This document shows positions 41,494 through 51,779 of a stretch of DNA of 53,544 nt, piece by piece. How positions within the stretch are numbered: the stretch's first letter is position 1; every line of letters starts with the position of its first letter. The stretch comes from Candidatus Moraniibacteriota bacterium. Lineage in GTDB: Bacteria; Patescibacteriota; Minisyncoccia; Moranbacterales; UBA1568. Under the pieces are notes generated by a model that did no database searches, had not been told where the DNA came from, and saw only the letters and a program-made list of their open reading frames with translations. The DNA is taken from the NCBI GenBank assembly GCA_037201605.1, contig JBBCGM010000003.1, positions 1-53,544 of the forward strand. The letters are read 5' to 3'. A program made the position numbers and the translations under genes.

Positions 41494-42130
41494 ATGGAAC
41501 TAAGAGAATATCTCGACATCATCTGGCGCGACCGCCGCTTTCTGGGAGGAGTTTTTTTGCTCGGTTTGGCCTTAGGGCTGCTTGTCTTCCTCTTCCAGCC
41601 GGTGCGCTTCCAGGGAAGTCTGCTCCTCAATATCGGCCGCAGCGTCAGTGCCCAGGCCCCTGTTTCCGGTGAATATACCTATGACGATTTCTACCGTCTG
41701 CAGGCGGATGAACGCTTTGCGGATACGGTGGTGCGCTGGCTGCAGTCGCCCCGTATCATAGAGGATATCAATCATGAATTTGCAGCGCATATGGAGGGAC
41801 CCGGCGCCAAGAGTTTTCACGCCAGCCGTTTGTCTTCGCAGGTGGTCGAAGTCACCTTTACGCATCCCAATCCGCACGCTCTCGCCCCGCTTTCCGATGC
41901 TTTGGTCACGGTTTGCTAATCGCTACACGGATTCTCTCAATCGGGGGAAAACAGCCAGGATGGCTGGTTCGTTGTTTTGGGGTAGTGGACCCGGTCGTGA
42001 CCGATGCTCGTTTAGCAGCTTGGGAAGACGCTTCTGGTAGGGAGTGTCCTCGGTCTCTTTGCCGGTTTTCTCGGTGTTTTTCTTACGTTTTTATCTCAAA
42101 ACCCCTCCCTCGAATGCGCATCGGCATTGA
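41494..42130 (+). pseudogene. Wzz-like chain-length determinant (copy 3), frameshifted, 3' end uncertain
   Basis: MELREYLDIIWRDRRFLGGVFLLGLALGLLVFLF TM1 and a distal TM LLVGSVLGLFAGFLGVFLTFL in a different frame. Confidence 0.5.
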
Positions 42131-43278
42131 TATCCGGTGCTTTGCGGAGGGCAGGCATACCGGCGTTGAAGAATATACGCGAGAGCTTTTGCAGGAGCTC
42201 TTTCGCCAGGATCAGGAGAACGAATACGTCCTCTTCTTTAACTCGTGGAGCGCTCCCCGCGCCGACTTTTCGTGGATCGATGCTTTTCCGCACGTGACCT
42301 TACGTGTTTTCCGCTATCCGAACAAGCTGCTCAATCTCTCCCTCTGGTATCTGCGTCGTCCTTATATAGACCGCTTGCTCGGGTGGCGTAGATCTCCTCT
42401 TTGTTCCGAATCAGAACTTCGTCGCTGTCTCGCCGCAGGCCAAATTGGTAGTCACTGTCCATGATCTTTCGGCTAATATTTTCCCCCGAAACCTTCTCCG
42501 TCAAACAGCGCCTTTTGGCACTTCTTCGTCAATCTGCGCTCCCTGGTGCGCCGCGCTGACGCCGTGATTACAGTCTCGCGCTCGACTGCCGATGATGTGC
42601 GCATTCGTTTCCACCTCTCGAATTCCAAAGTCCATGTGGTTCCCAGTGGTTTGCATTCGCGCTTTCGGGGTGATAGATCGCAATACTTTGGGCCTGGTTG
42701 ATATCCAGAAGCGCTATCAGCTGCCTTACCGCTATATCCTGTGTTTCGGTACCTTTGAGCCGCGCAAAAAACATCCTGGCTGTCCTTGAGGCTTTTGAAA
42801 TGCTCCAAAAGCAGGGTGGCCGGAGTGCCGAAGCGCACCTGGTGCTGGCGGGGAGTCCAGGCTGGAAAACGTCTATGCTCAAACGGCGCATCGAAGTGTC
42901 GCCTGCCCGTGCCAAGATTCATGTGCTCGGATATGTGCCAGAGGAAGACAAAGTCGCTCTGTATAGCATGGCGAGCGTTTTTGTCTATCCGTCATTTTAC
43001 GAAGGCTTTGGCTTTCCGCCGCTCGAGGCACTCGCCTGCGGCGTACCGGTTATCACCTCGCATTCGTCGTCGCTGCGGAAATCGTGGGAGATGCCGGCAT
43101 CCTGATCGATCCTTATCAGCCCAACGAGATTCTCCTAGCGCTTCAAGCAGTACTCGACAGCCGGGAACTCGCCGCTACCCTGATTGCCCGGGGCTTGAAA
43201 CGCAAAGAGCGCTTCTCCTGGGCTACCGCTGCCAAGGAAACGCGCGCCGTCTTCCGTCGCCTGCTCAAAAACGCCTAA
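42114..43278 (+). pseudogene. GT4 glycosyltransferase, copy 4, several frameshifts
   Basis: MRIGIDIRCFAEGRHTGVEEYTRELL N-terminus and PSFYEGFGFPPLEALACGVPVITS C-terminus. Confidence 0.8.
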
Positions 43279-43330
43279 GCGTACCTGGTGGTGTGCTAGA
43301 GTGGAAGCGCAAGCCCCTTTGCCTAAACCT

Positions 43331-44136
43331 ATGTCCCCAGTACTACAACCCGCTCCGGACCCGCAATCTTTTCGATCCGTATAGCAAAACGCCCCTTCCA
43401 GCTCTCGCGCAGCAAGCTCGAGCTCTTCATGTCTTGCCCGCGTTGCTTCTATTTGGATCGGAGACTCGGTACCGCCCGCCCCCCGGGTTTCCCTTTTTCC
43501 CTCAACTCTGCTGTAGACACCCTTCTTAAGAAAGAATTCGACCTTCATCGAGCCCAGGGGACTGCGCATCCCCTCATGGAAGCCTACGGTTTGGATGCCG
43601 TACCCTTTCAGCACCCCAAAATGGAAGAGTGGCGCGATTCGCTGCGCCGCGGTATTCGGGCCCAGCATGAGGAGAGCGGGCTTTCTCTTCTCCGGCGGCG
43701 TAGACGACGTATGGGTCGCACCGGATGGCGAACTCATCATTGTGGATTACAAGGCAACGTCCAAGGACGGCGAAGTAACGCTCGATGCCGAATGGCAGGG
43801 CGGGGTACAAGCGTCAGATGGAAATGTACCAGTGGCTGTTCCGCCGCAATGGCTTCCGAGTGTCGGATACCGGCTATTTCGTCTACTGTAACGGCCAGAC
43901 CGACCCGCAAAGCCTTCGACGGCAAGCTCGAATTCACCGTCAAACTCATCCCGTATACCGGAGACGACGCATGGGTATCCGATATGCTGGTGGCAGCCCG
44001 CGCCTGTCTGGAGGCTTCTTCGTTGCCGGAAGCTCATCCCGAGTGTGATTACTGCGGCTACCGGGCCGTTGCCGCCCGCCACGAGGCAGCAGGGGCAGGG
44101 GATAGCAATCTGTACAAGAAGCTCCAGAATAGCTAA
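43331..44136 (+). pseudogene. PD-(D/E)XK nuclease, Cas4/RecB-like, with N- and C-terminal Cys pairs, frameshifted
   Basis: CPRCFY, GGVDDVWV...LIIVDYK, QMEMYQWL and CDYCGY motifs. Confidence 0.6.
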
Positions 44137-44170
44137 AATAAAGCAAAGCTAAGCCAAAAAGCGCCTGTCT

Positions 44171-45914
44171 ATGCCAGAAGATGCATCTTCCCTTGAGCCT
44201 ATCCGCCACTCTTTAGCCCATATTCTTGCGGCTGCTGTTTTGGAATATGATCCGCGAGCTTTGTTGGGCGTAGGTCCGGCTATCGACAACGGTTTTTATT
44301 ATGATATTCAGTTCTCGCAGCCTTTCTCCGAGCATACCTTGCCGGAGCTCGAGGCCCGCATGCGCGAGATCATCGCGGGAAAACCTTGATTTTACGGGCG
44401 AGGAAATTTCGCTGGGAAAAAGCACATACGCTTTTTGCCGACCAGCCTTTCAAGCTCGAGCTCATTGCTGATATTGCGGAGCGAGGTGAAAAACTGACTG
44501 TTTACGCGACTGGTAAAATTTTTTCCGATTTGTGCCGAGGCGGTCACGTGACCAATACGCGTGAAATCCCAGCCGATGCCTTTGCGCTTTCCCATATCGC
44601 TGGTGCCTATTGGAAGGGGGAGCGAGAAGAATTCGATGCTGACGCGTATCTACGGCTTGGCATTTGCAACGAAAGAAGAACTTGATGCTTATCGTCATAA
44701 TCAGGAAGAGGCGGAAAGAACGCGACCACAAGAAGTTGGGAGTCGAGCTCGATCTGTTTTCTTTTTCACCCTTAGTCGGGGCCGGGCTGCCCCTGTGGTC
44801 GGCCGCGCGGCACTATGCTCGTAATCTCCCTTGACGCCTACGTTTGGGAGCTGCGCCAGAAGGCTGGCTATGAACAGGTCGAGATCCCGCATATCACCAA
44901 GAAGGATCTCTACGAAATCTCCGGCCATGGGGAAAAATTCAAAGACGAACTTTTTCGTATTACGACGCGCGAGGGCCACGAGTTTCGCCATGAAGCCGAT
45001 GAATTGTCCTCACCATACCCAGATCTACGCCCGGCGTCCTTGGAGCTACCGCGAATTGCCCCAGCGCTACGCCAATTCCACGGCTTGCTACCGCGACGAA
45101 CAGACAGGGGGAGCTTTCCGGACTTTCTCGTGTACGCGCTTTCACTCAAGACGACGCTCATGTCTTCTGTCGCATGAGCCAGATTAAAGAGGAATTCCTG
45201 AAGGTATGGGATATTGTCCATGACTTCTACGGAGCGTTCGGTTTTGATCTGCGCGTCCGTATCTCCAAGCACGATCCGGGGAGCCCCGAGGCCTATCTGG
45301 GAGACAAAGAATCCTGGGATTTTGCAGAAAAATGTTCTTGAAGAAATCATCAAAGAAAAGCAAGTGGACTCTTTCGTGGGTGTCGGAGAGGCTGCCCTTT
45401 TATGGGGCCCAAGCTCGACTTTATGGCGAGTGATGCGCTCGGCCGTGAGTGGCAGATAGCCACGATCCAGCTCGATCTCAATATGCCGGAGCGTTTTGAC
45501 CTGACATGCACGAACGAAAAAGGGGGGAGCGCGAGCGTATCGCCATGATCCATGCTGCTATTATGGGGTCTCTCGAGCGCTTTATCAGTATCCTGATCGA
45601 ACACACAGCTGGGAACTTTCCAGTACGCTTTTCCCCTATCCAGGTGAGTATTCTGCCCATAAGTGAGGGAGCAACACGAATACGCCAAATCCGTCGAATC
45701 CGAGCTGAGCAAAAGAGGCTTACGCGTGGAGCTCGATGCTTCCAATGAAACGCTGGGCAAGAAAGTGCGCAATGCCAAAGCCTCCAAGGTCCCATATTAT
45801 ATTGTCCTCGGCAAGAAAGAGGTGGAAGCTCAAACCCTTTCCGTTGAAAGCCGCGACAACGGCCCCCTCGGCTCTCTCTCCACCGACGACTTTATTGCCA
45901 AGATTGAGGCTTAA
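44171..45914 (+). pseudogene. thrS: Threonyl-tRNA synthetase lacking the N-terminal TGS domain, at least 6 frameshifts
   Basis: Starts in the editing/SAD region (RHSLAHILAAAV). Class II core and C-terminal anticodon-binding domain (KVPYYIVLGKKE) are recognisable across 7 ORF fragments. Confidence 0.85.
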
Positions 45915-45927
45915 AGAGAGTTATTCT

Positions 45928-46459
45928 ATGTCAGTCAAAAAATGGCCGGTAAAGAAGCGAGAGACCGTCTTTCAGAAATATGGTAGGGGAGTAGAGCGTG
46001 TGGATTTTGAGCTGCCCAATGGGGAAGTAGCTGATTTCTATGTCAAAAAAGAAAAAGATAATGTCTGTATCTTGGCTTTAACCAGAGACAAAGAAGTCAT
46101 TCTAGCGAGACAATTTAGGCCCGGCCCGGAAGAAATTCTATTCGAACTGCCAGGGGGCGGCATTGATGCGGGGAGAAACGCCAGAACAGCAGCGATAAGA
46201 GAGCTGCTTGAAGAAACGGGGATACCAGGGGAATATGCAATTTGTGGCCAAAGCGCTCGATTGTGGCTATTCCACAATGCACCGTAATTGTTTTGTCGCT
46301 ACTGATTGTGAGAAAGTAGGGGAGATCCAGAATACTGCTACTGAGCACACAGAGGTGGTTTTAATGCCTCTTGATGACTTTCGTAAGCATCTACGAAGCG
46401 GCCAATTGACCGATATCGAAGTCGGTTATCTGGGATTGGATTATCTCAGACTGCTCTAG
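45928..46459 (+). pseudogene. NUDIX hydrolase (ADP-ribose pyrophosphatase-like), one frameshift
   Basis: LPGGGIDAG...AAIRELLEETG Nudix box. Confidence 0.7.
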
Positions 46460-46476
46460 ATAAATTTCGATATAAT

Positions 46477-46500
46477 TTCCCTATAAATAGGGGATTTTTT
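46477..46500 (+). terminator. Rho-independent terminator
   Basis: TTCCCTA/TAGGGGA stem followed by T6. Confidence 0.6.
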
Positions 46501-46504
46501 ACTA

Positions 46505-46534
46505 TTGACTTTTTCTATAAAAAAGGAGTATAAT
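46505..46534 (+). promoter_or_regulatory. Sigma70-like promoter
   Basis: TTGACT, 18-nt spacer, TATAAT. Confidence 0.55.
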
Positions 46535-46591
46535 GTTAGGTCACGCTAAAATGCCGGTGATAACAGTTCTTCACAATCAGGGAGGAGGCGC

Positions 46592-47262
46592 ATGTTTCGC
46601 CGGATCAGGATTATATTTCTTCTGGCCTGCGTCTTCTTGGCTTGGGCCAAGGGTGCAGATGCCAAGGACTTCAATGTCTATGGCGAGGTCACTCTCGCCT
46701 CAAGCTACACCGATGACGAGCTGTCTGTGTATACGGACGGGCCGGTCATTCAGCCCGAACTCGTGCTCTCGCATGAGCCATCCGGCTGTTACGGGAGTAT
46801 CTGGGTATCGCGCGGGCTCGCCAAGTCTGCTGGTGACGAAACCGACTTTACAATCGGTTGCGAAAGAGACATCGCCAAAGATGTCACAGAGCAGCAGTTT
46901 CGGTAGCCTATTATGACTACAAGGGAACCGGGACAGCTGTCGTTTCTGCGGGCCTGAATTACCAAGGCGCTTCACTCTCAGCGGAATACTACATTCCCAA
47001 AGAGGGGTTTGAAGCTCGCGGTCTCTGGCTCAAAGCCAGTTACACTCATGAGTGGGACAAGCTTTCCCTGACCGGAAGTCTGATCCACGCCAAGGGCCCC
47101 TATGACGGCGTGCCGGACTATTGTGTGGTGGCAGGCCTCAAGGGCGAATATGCTCTGGATGATCATTGGACCGTGTCGCTCAGTGGCCAGGTACCTTTGG
47201 CCAAAAAGAGTTCGGACGAACGCCAAGCACGCGCCGTCGCCTCACTTACCTGGAGTTTCTAA
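46592..47262 (+). pseudogene. Outer-membrane-type beta-barrel protein (TorF/Gcw_chp-like), one frameshift
   Basis: Signal peptide with AKGADA cleavage site, alternating beta-strand pattern, C-terminal ...ASLTWSF ending in Phe. GGAGG RBS. Confidence 0.5.
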
Positions 47263-47278
47263 CATGGAACTCACAACT

Positions 47279-47308
47279 AGCAGCTTTCTCCGGAGAGCTG
47301 CTTTTTTC
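47279..47308 (+). terminator. Rho-independent terminator
   Basis: 10-bp stem AGCAGCTTTC/GGAGAGCTGCT region with TCCG loop, then T6. Confidence 0.75.
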
Positions 47309-47336
47309 TTTGTTATGATTATGGTATTTTTAGGGC

Positions 47337-47902
47337 ATGGATAGGAAGTCAAAATTTTTGACGGCTTTGTATATTTTACTAGCCATAGGGGGCATCGGTT
47401 TTACCTATTATAAGTACGTTATTGAGCGTAATTATGTGGTAAAGCTTCAGACGCCGTGTGATCCCACAACGGAAATTTGCTATGTGTCTTATTGTGATCC
47501 AGAGGCTGAAGATGCAGAGTGTACGGGAAACGCAGAGGAAGACACCACCTACTATAAGATTCTCTATCGTAAGGCTGTTAATATTCCCGCTTGTGAGCCT
47601 GCGCTAGAAGGAGATTGTGACAAAGTATACACTTGCTCTGAGGAAGAAGACGCTTGTGAACTCATTTCCTGTGATCCAAGTGCTCTTGAAGAGGGGGGAG
47701 GAATGCAGTGATCCCGATACCTATAATGCCTCTCATTCATCGGCTGAAGAGGATATTACTGAAGATGGCGGGTGAAACTCCGGAAGCCGATGAGCCAGGA
47801 GAAGAACTAGAAGGTACGCAATCAAGTGATAGCGAGGTGACACTTCCTATTACTGAGCCTGAGAGCGCAGATACAGATACTCAAGGACCTGTTCAGGAGT
47901 AA
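47337..47902 (+). pseudogene. Membrane-anchored Cys-rich protein with an acidic tail, frameshifted
   Basis: TM FLTALYILLAIGGIGFTYY, 10 Cys in about 90 aa (CDPTTEICYVSYCDPEAEDAEC...), Asp/Glu-rich C-terminus in other frames. Confidence 0.5.
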
Positions 47903-47945
47903 ATTTCCCCGTAAATAAGGGGATTTCTTTATGCGTTTGATACCC

Positions 47946-47974
47946 TTGACAAAAGGGTATTTTAGGTATATAAT
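47946..47974 (+). promoter_or_regulatory. Consensus sigma70 promoter
   Basis: TTGACA, 17-nt spacer, TATAAT. Confidence 0.65.
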
Positions 47975-48013
47975 AGGGGGTCAGTATTTTAAAAACCTGA
48001 GAGGAGAAATCTG

Positions 48014-48654
48014 ATGCTTGCTTTGCCGGAAATTGCCGGCATCGCAGCCGGGTCTCGTATCTTTTTTGGTGGGTCATGGTCTGGTATATGATCACCATTG
48101 TTCGTAAGCGAAGAAAAAACGAAACCCCATCTGTTTACTTGGATAATTTCTTCTGCTATGGCAGGAATTACCCTTGTTTCGTACTGGGCTGCAGGGGCAC
48201 AAAATACTGTTTATGTGCTTCTGGGAGATTTTGTTGCTTTTTCTATTATCGCGCTTCTCGCGTGGAAGTACGGGAACGGAAGAAAGTTTACCAGATTGGA
48301 TTACTTCTGCCTTATTGCCGCTTTCATCGCTATCGCAGTGTATATTGTATCGCACGACCCTCTTTGGGTGTTGCGAGCGATGCTTGTTGCGGAAGTTCTT
48401 GCCCTTGTTCCCACTATGCTTAAGAGCTGGGAGCATCCAGAGGAAGAGATTTCATAGCCTGGACGGGCACCTGCTTGGGTAATGGGCTCAATTATTTTGC
48501 TATCGACTTCATGGTTGAGGCGGAAATCACCTACGTCTACACGATTTTTCTTGCAGACATAGCGGTTTTGGCTTTTGCTTCTTCGAGGCTTGGCAAAGGG
48601 GAAACTACGGGACAGTGTCTTATCTTGACACTGTCCCTTTTATTTACTTCTTAA
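48014..48654 (+). pseudogene. Polytopic membrane protein, unknown function, frameshifted
   Basis: GAGGAG RBS. Hydrophobic segments across three frames (ITLVSYWAAGAQNTVYVLLGDFVAFSIIALLAW...). Confidence 0.45.
48609..48645 (+). terminator. Rho-independent terminator
   Basis: Perfect 11-bp stem GGGACAGTGTC/GACACTGTCCC, 7-nt loop, then TTTTATTT. Confidence 0.8.
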
Positions 48655-48688
48655 ATGCTCTTTGCTAGGCTTAGAAGGAGAATTGGGT

Positions 48689-49175
48689 TTGCTTTCGAAA
48701 CCGAAAAACTATCTGGATATGACTAAATGGTATATTGATCAGTCGCTTATTCATGGCGATGGAGTGTTTGCGAAAAAAAGATTTAAAAAAAGGTGAAATC
48801 ATATTCCTTCTAAAAGGACCTTATAAAACATATTCTAAAATTACTAAGGAGGAGCTTTATAATACTCCCAATTGGATTGGGATTGACCGCCTCGTATGGA
48901 TTGATCCAAAGACTCCTGCAGATAAAATCAATCATTCTTGTAATCCCAATGTTGGGATTAGGGGCCGAAAACAATTTGTAGCTATGAGAAATATAAAGAA
49001 GGGGGAAGAATTGAGCTTTTGATTACTCAATATCCGAAGATACAATCTGGGAGATGAGATGCAATTGTGGAAGCAAAGACTGTCGCCTGATCGTGGGATC
49101 AATTTTTACATTACCGGAGAAGACATTTCGAAAGTATTTGCCATATATTCCTACATATTTCCAAAGGGTATATAA
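48689..49175 (+). pseudogene. SET-domain protein-lysine methyltransferase, frameshifted, stop position ambiguous
   Basis: SLIHGDGVFAKK, NHSCNPN, GEELSFDY and post-SET CNCGSKDCR motifs. Frames are broken at two A7 runs (48773-48791) and a T4 run. Confidence 0.7.
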
Positions 49176-49197
49176 TGTGAGAGCCAAGTACTCCACT

Positions 49198-50903
49198 ATG
49201 ACAAATCTTCTTGCCTGTGACTGGGCTCCTTCCTATTATTATCTCTTTTTCTCAGAGAATGTTTTTGACCCGCTCATATACTATTCTCATTTAGGTCCAG
49301 TACTCGCCTCATTAACCTTATTTTTTTTTCATTTTCTTTGCTAATCGTAAAGATTTCATTAATCGCCTACTTCTAACGATTATTCTTTTTTTCTGCGCCT
49401 GGTCTCTTCTAGATTTGTTTCTCTGGGCAAGTGAGGTATCCGAAAATATAATGTTCGCATGGTCTATTCTCGTCTTTTTTTGAAACGGGGATCTATTTCT
49501 TTAGTTATTACTTTGTTTATTACTTCATACATAAAAAAGACATCTCTTTTCGGGACAAGTTTTTTCTCTTACTTCCTATTCTTCCATTAATTTTTCTAGT
49601 CGCCTCTCATTATAATTTAGAGTATTTTGATCTAACAAATTGCGATCGGGAGGCCTTAGAGGGACCATTGTGGAAATTCATATATATTTCTGAGGCTTTA
49701 TACGTTTTTCTTATTCTATTTGAACTTATCAGAGCTCTTCTCTACAAAAAATATCTTGGAAGAAAGAAAGAAATTCTTGCAGTCTGTTTAGGGGTCATAT
49801 TTTTCCTAGGTTTTTTCTCCTGGGGCAATATCATTGGAAGTTTATCGAGTGACTGGTCCGTTGCTCAGTATGGCCTCTTTGGAATGCCCATCTTCGTTGC
49901 TTTTCTAGCTTATTCTATTGTCAAATATCAAATTCTTGATATTAAAACACTTGCGGTCCAAGTTTTAGTTGCAGCTATAACTATTCTTGTTGGTGCTCAA
50001 TTCTTCTTCGTTAGAACACCACTTAATCGTTCTCTCACCTTACTTACCCTGGTGTGTATCTTAGTTTTTGGGTACATGTTAATCCAGTCAGTCAAGCGTG
50101 AGATACAGCGCAAAGAGGAACTTCAAAAAATGGCGGATAGTTTGGCACGGGCCAATGAGCGTCTCAAGGACCTGGACAATACCAAGTCCGAGTTCATTTC
50201 TATAGCTTCCCACCAGTTACGTACTCCTCTGACAGCCATAAAAGGCTACATCTCACTCCTCCTTGAGGGTTCCTATGGAAAGGTGCCGCCGAATATTCAG
50301 GATGTCATGAATAAGCTCTACTCGGTTAATGATCGTTTGATCCAGCTTGTAGAAGATCTACTCAATGTCTCACGCATCGAAGCGGGTCGTATCCAGTACA
50401 ATTTTGAAGAAACCCAGTTGGAGCCCCTAGTGGCAGATCTGATAGATGGTTTCAAGGTAGCAGCTAAGGATAAGAAGCTTACACTCAAATTGGAACTGCC
50501 TGAGCATGGCTTGCCCAAACTCCTGGTTGATCCCAATAAGCTGAAGGAAGTGCTTTCCAACCTGATTGATAACGCCATTAAATACACGAAAGAGGGTTCT
50601 GTCGCTATATTGCTCCAGCAAAGCGGTCCGGCTATTCGCATCCAGGTCCAAGACACCGGTATCGGTATGGCGCCAGAGAACAAGGCTCATCTCTTCGAGA
50701 AATTCGTGCGTAGCAAGGAAACCAGTCGCATGGTGGTAGGTGGTGCTGGGTTAGGGCTCTTTGTAGGCAAGAGCTTTGTCCAGGCTATGGGTGGCCGTAT
50801 TTGGGCCGAATCGGAGGGTCCTGGTAAAGGGTCTACCTTTATCGTGGAACTGCCGCTCGTTAACACGACTTCCAAGGCTGGTAAGATCGAAAAACCCAAG
50901 TAA
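49198..50903 (+). pseudogene. Sensor histidine kinase with a large polytopic N-terminal domain (two homopolymer frameshifts in the TM region)
   Basis: H-box FISIASHQLRTPL, N-box LIDNAIKYT, G-boxes DTGIGM and GAGLGL. Intact from 49668. Frame breaks at T9 (49321-29) and T7 (49475-81). Confidence 0.85.
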
Positions 50904-50955
50904 TAAAGGAAAATTTGCTTTCTCCTACCTCGCAGGCTATCCTAGAAACATCCCT

Positions 50956-51771
50956 ATGCCCAAGATTCTCTTTGTCGAAGACGACCCGTTTATTGCTGAG
51001 ATCTACATCAAGAAGTTCGAAAGCTCGGGTTTTGAGGTGAAAAACGTAGCCACCGGTAAAGCCGTCCTTAAGGCTATCCAGGAGGAGGATTTTGATTTGA
51101 CCCTTCTTGATTTGGTTATCCCAGAGCTTTCCGGTATGGAGGTTCTAGAACAGCTCCAAAAAAATGCTCAGGACTACCCCAAACGTTCCAAGGTTATCGT
51201 CTTTAGCAACCTTTCCAGTCCCGAGGATCGCCAGCGTTGCTTGGATCTTGGGGCAGACGGCTTTATTTCCAAAACAGAATTCTCGCCTTCGCAGGTAGTG
51301 GATGAAGTCAATCGCTTTCTGCGCCAATTTAACGAGCAGAACAAAAACCACGCTCGCCACACTTCTTCCGAAAACGGCGAGGCGGCAACTTCTAAAAACA
51401 AGAAGATCCTTTTCATCGAAGACGAACCCGTCTTTGTGGAAATGTTTACCAAGCGTTTGCGCGATGAAGGCTACGAAGTAACGGCCAAGCATGATGGTAT
51501 AGAAGGTTTGAAAGAGGCTTCCCTTGGCGGCTATGATATGGTCATCTCCGACATTATGATGCCGGGCCTTAATGGTAAAGACATGGTCCACCAATTGCGT
51601 GAGACGGAAGAGGGTAAAAACGTCCCTGTCATTTTACTCTCGGCATCGGTCGAGATTGATGAAATGGAAGAACTCTCCAAAGCCGGTATTGCCAATCATG
51701 TCTTCATGAAGACCCAGATTACCCCGAGCGATCTGGTCTACGCCGTCAATAATTTTTTCGCCGCACAGTAA
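50956..51771 (+). CDS. Response regulator with two tandem receiver domains and no output domain
   Basis: REC1: VEDD, LLDLVIP, SKT. REC2: IEDE, VISDIMMPG, MKT. The two are joined by an Asn/Ser-rich linker. Confidence 0.85.
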   Translation: MPKILFVEDDPFIAEIYIKKFESSGFEVKNVATGKAVLKAIQEEDFDLTLLDLVIPELSGMEVLEQLQKNAQDYPKRSKVIVFSNLSSPEDRQRCLDLGADGFISKTEFSPSQVVDEVNRFLRQFNEQNKNHARHTSSENGEAATSKNKKILFIEDEPVFVEMFTKRLRDEGYEVTAKHDGIEGLKEASLGGYDMVISDIMMPGLNGKDMVHQLRETEEGKNVPVILLSASVEIDEMEELSKAGIANHVFMKTQITPSDLVYAVNNFFAAQ

Positions 51772-51779
51772 CTGAAACC

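Noticed and set aside
42786-43529. 247-aa ORF spanning the end of GT4 copy 4 and the start of the nuclease gene
   Set aside because: Its translation is Arg/Pro/Ser-rich and of low complexity. It crosses a clear gene boundary (stop at 43278, new ATG at 43331), so it is an out-of-frame artefact.
14200-49500. Alternative genetic code (for example UGA recoding, as in some CPR lineages) as the reason for broken ORFs
   Set aside because: Homology continues in a different reading frame after each break, not in the same frame across a stop. The breaks coincide with homopolymer runs, so these are indels, not reassigned stops.
14200-49500. Genuine genome decay or pseudogenisation of the two blocks
   Set aside because: The disrupted genes include presumably single-copy essentials (thrS, pheST, tyrS, secDF), and the fragments show no accompanying loss of conserved motifs. 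Assembly error is more parsimonious, but the reads must be checked.
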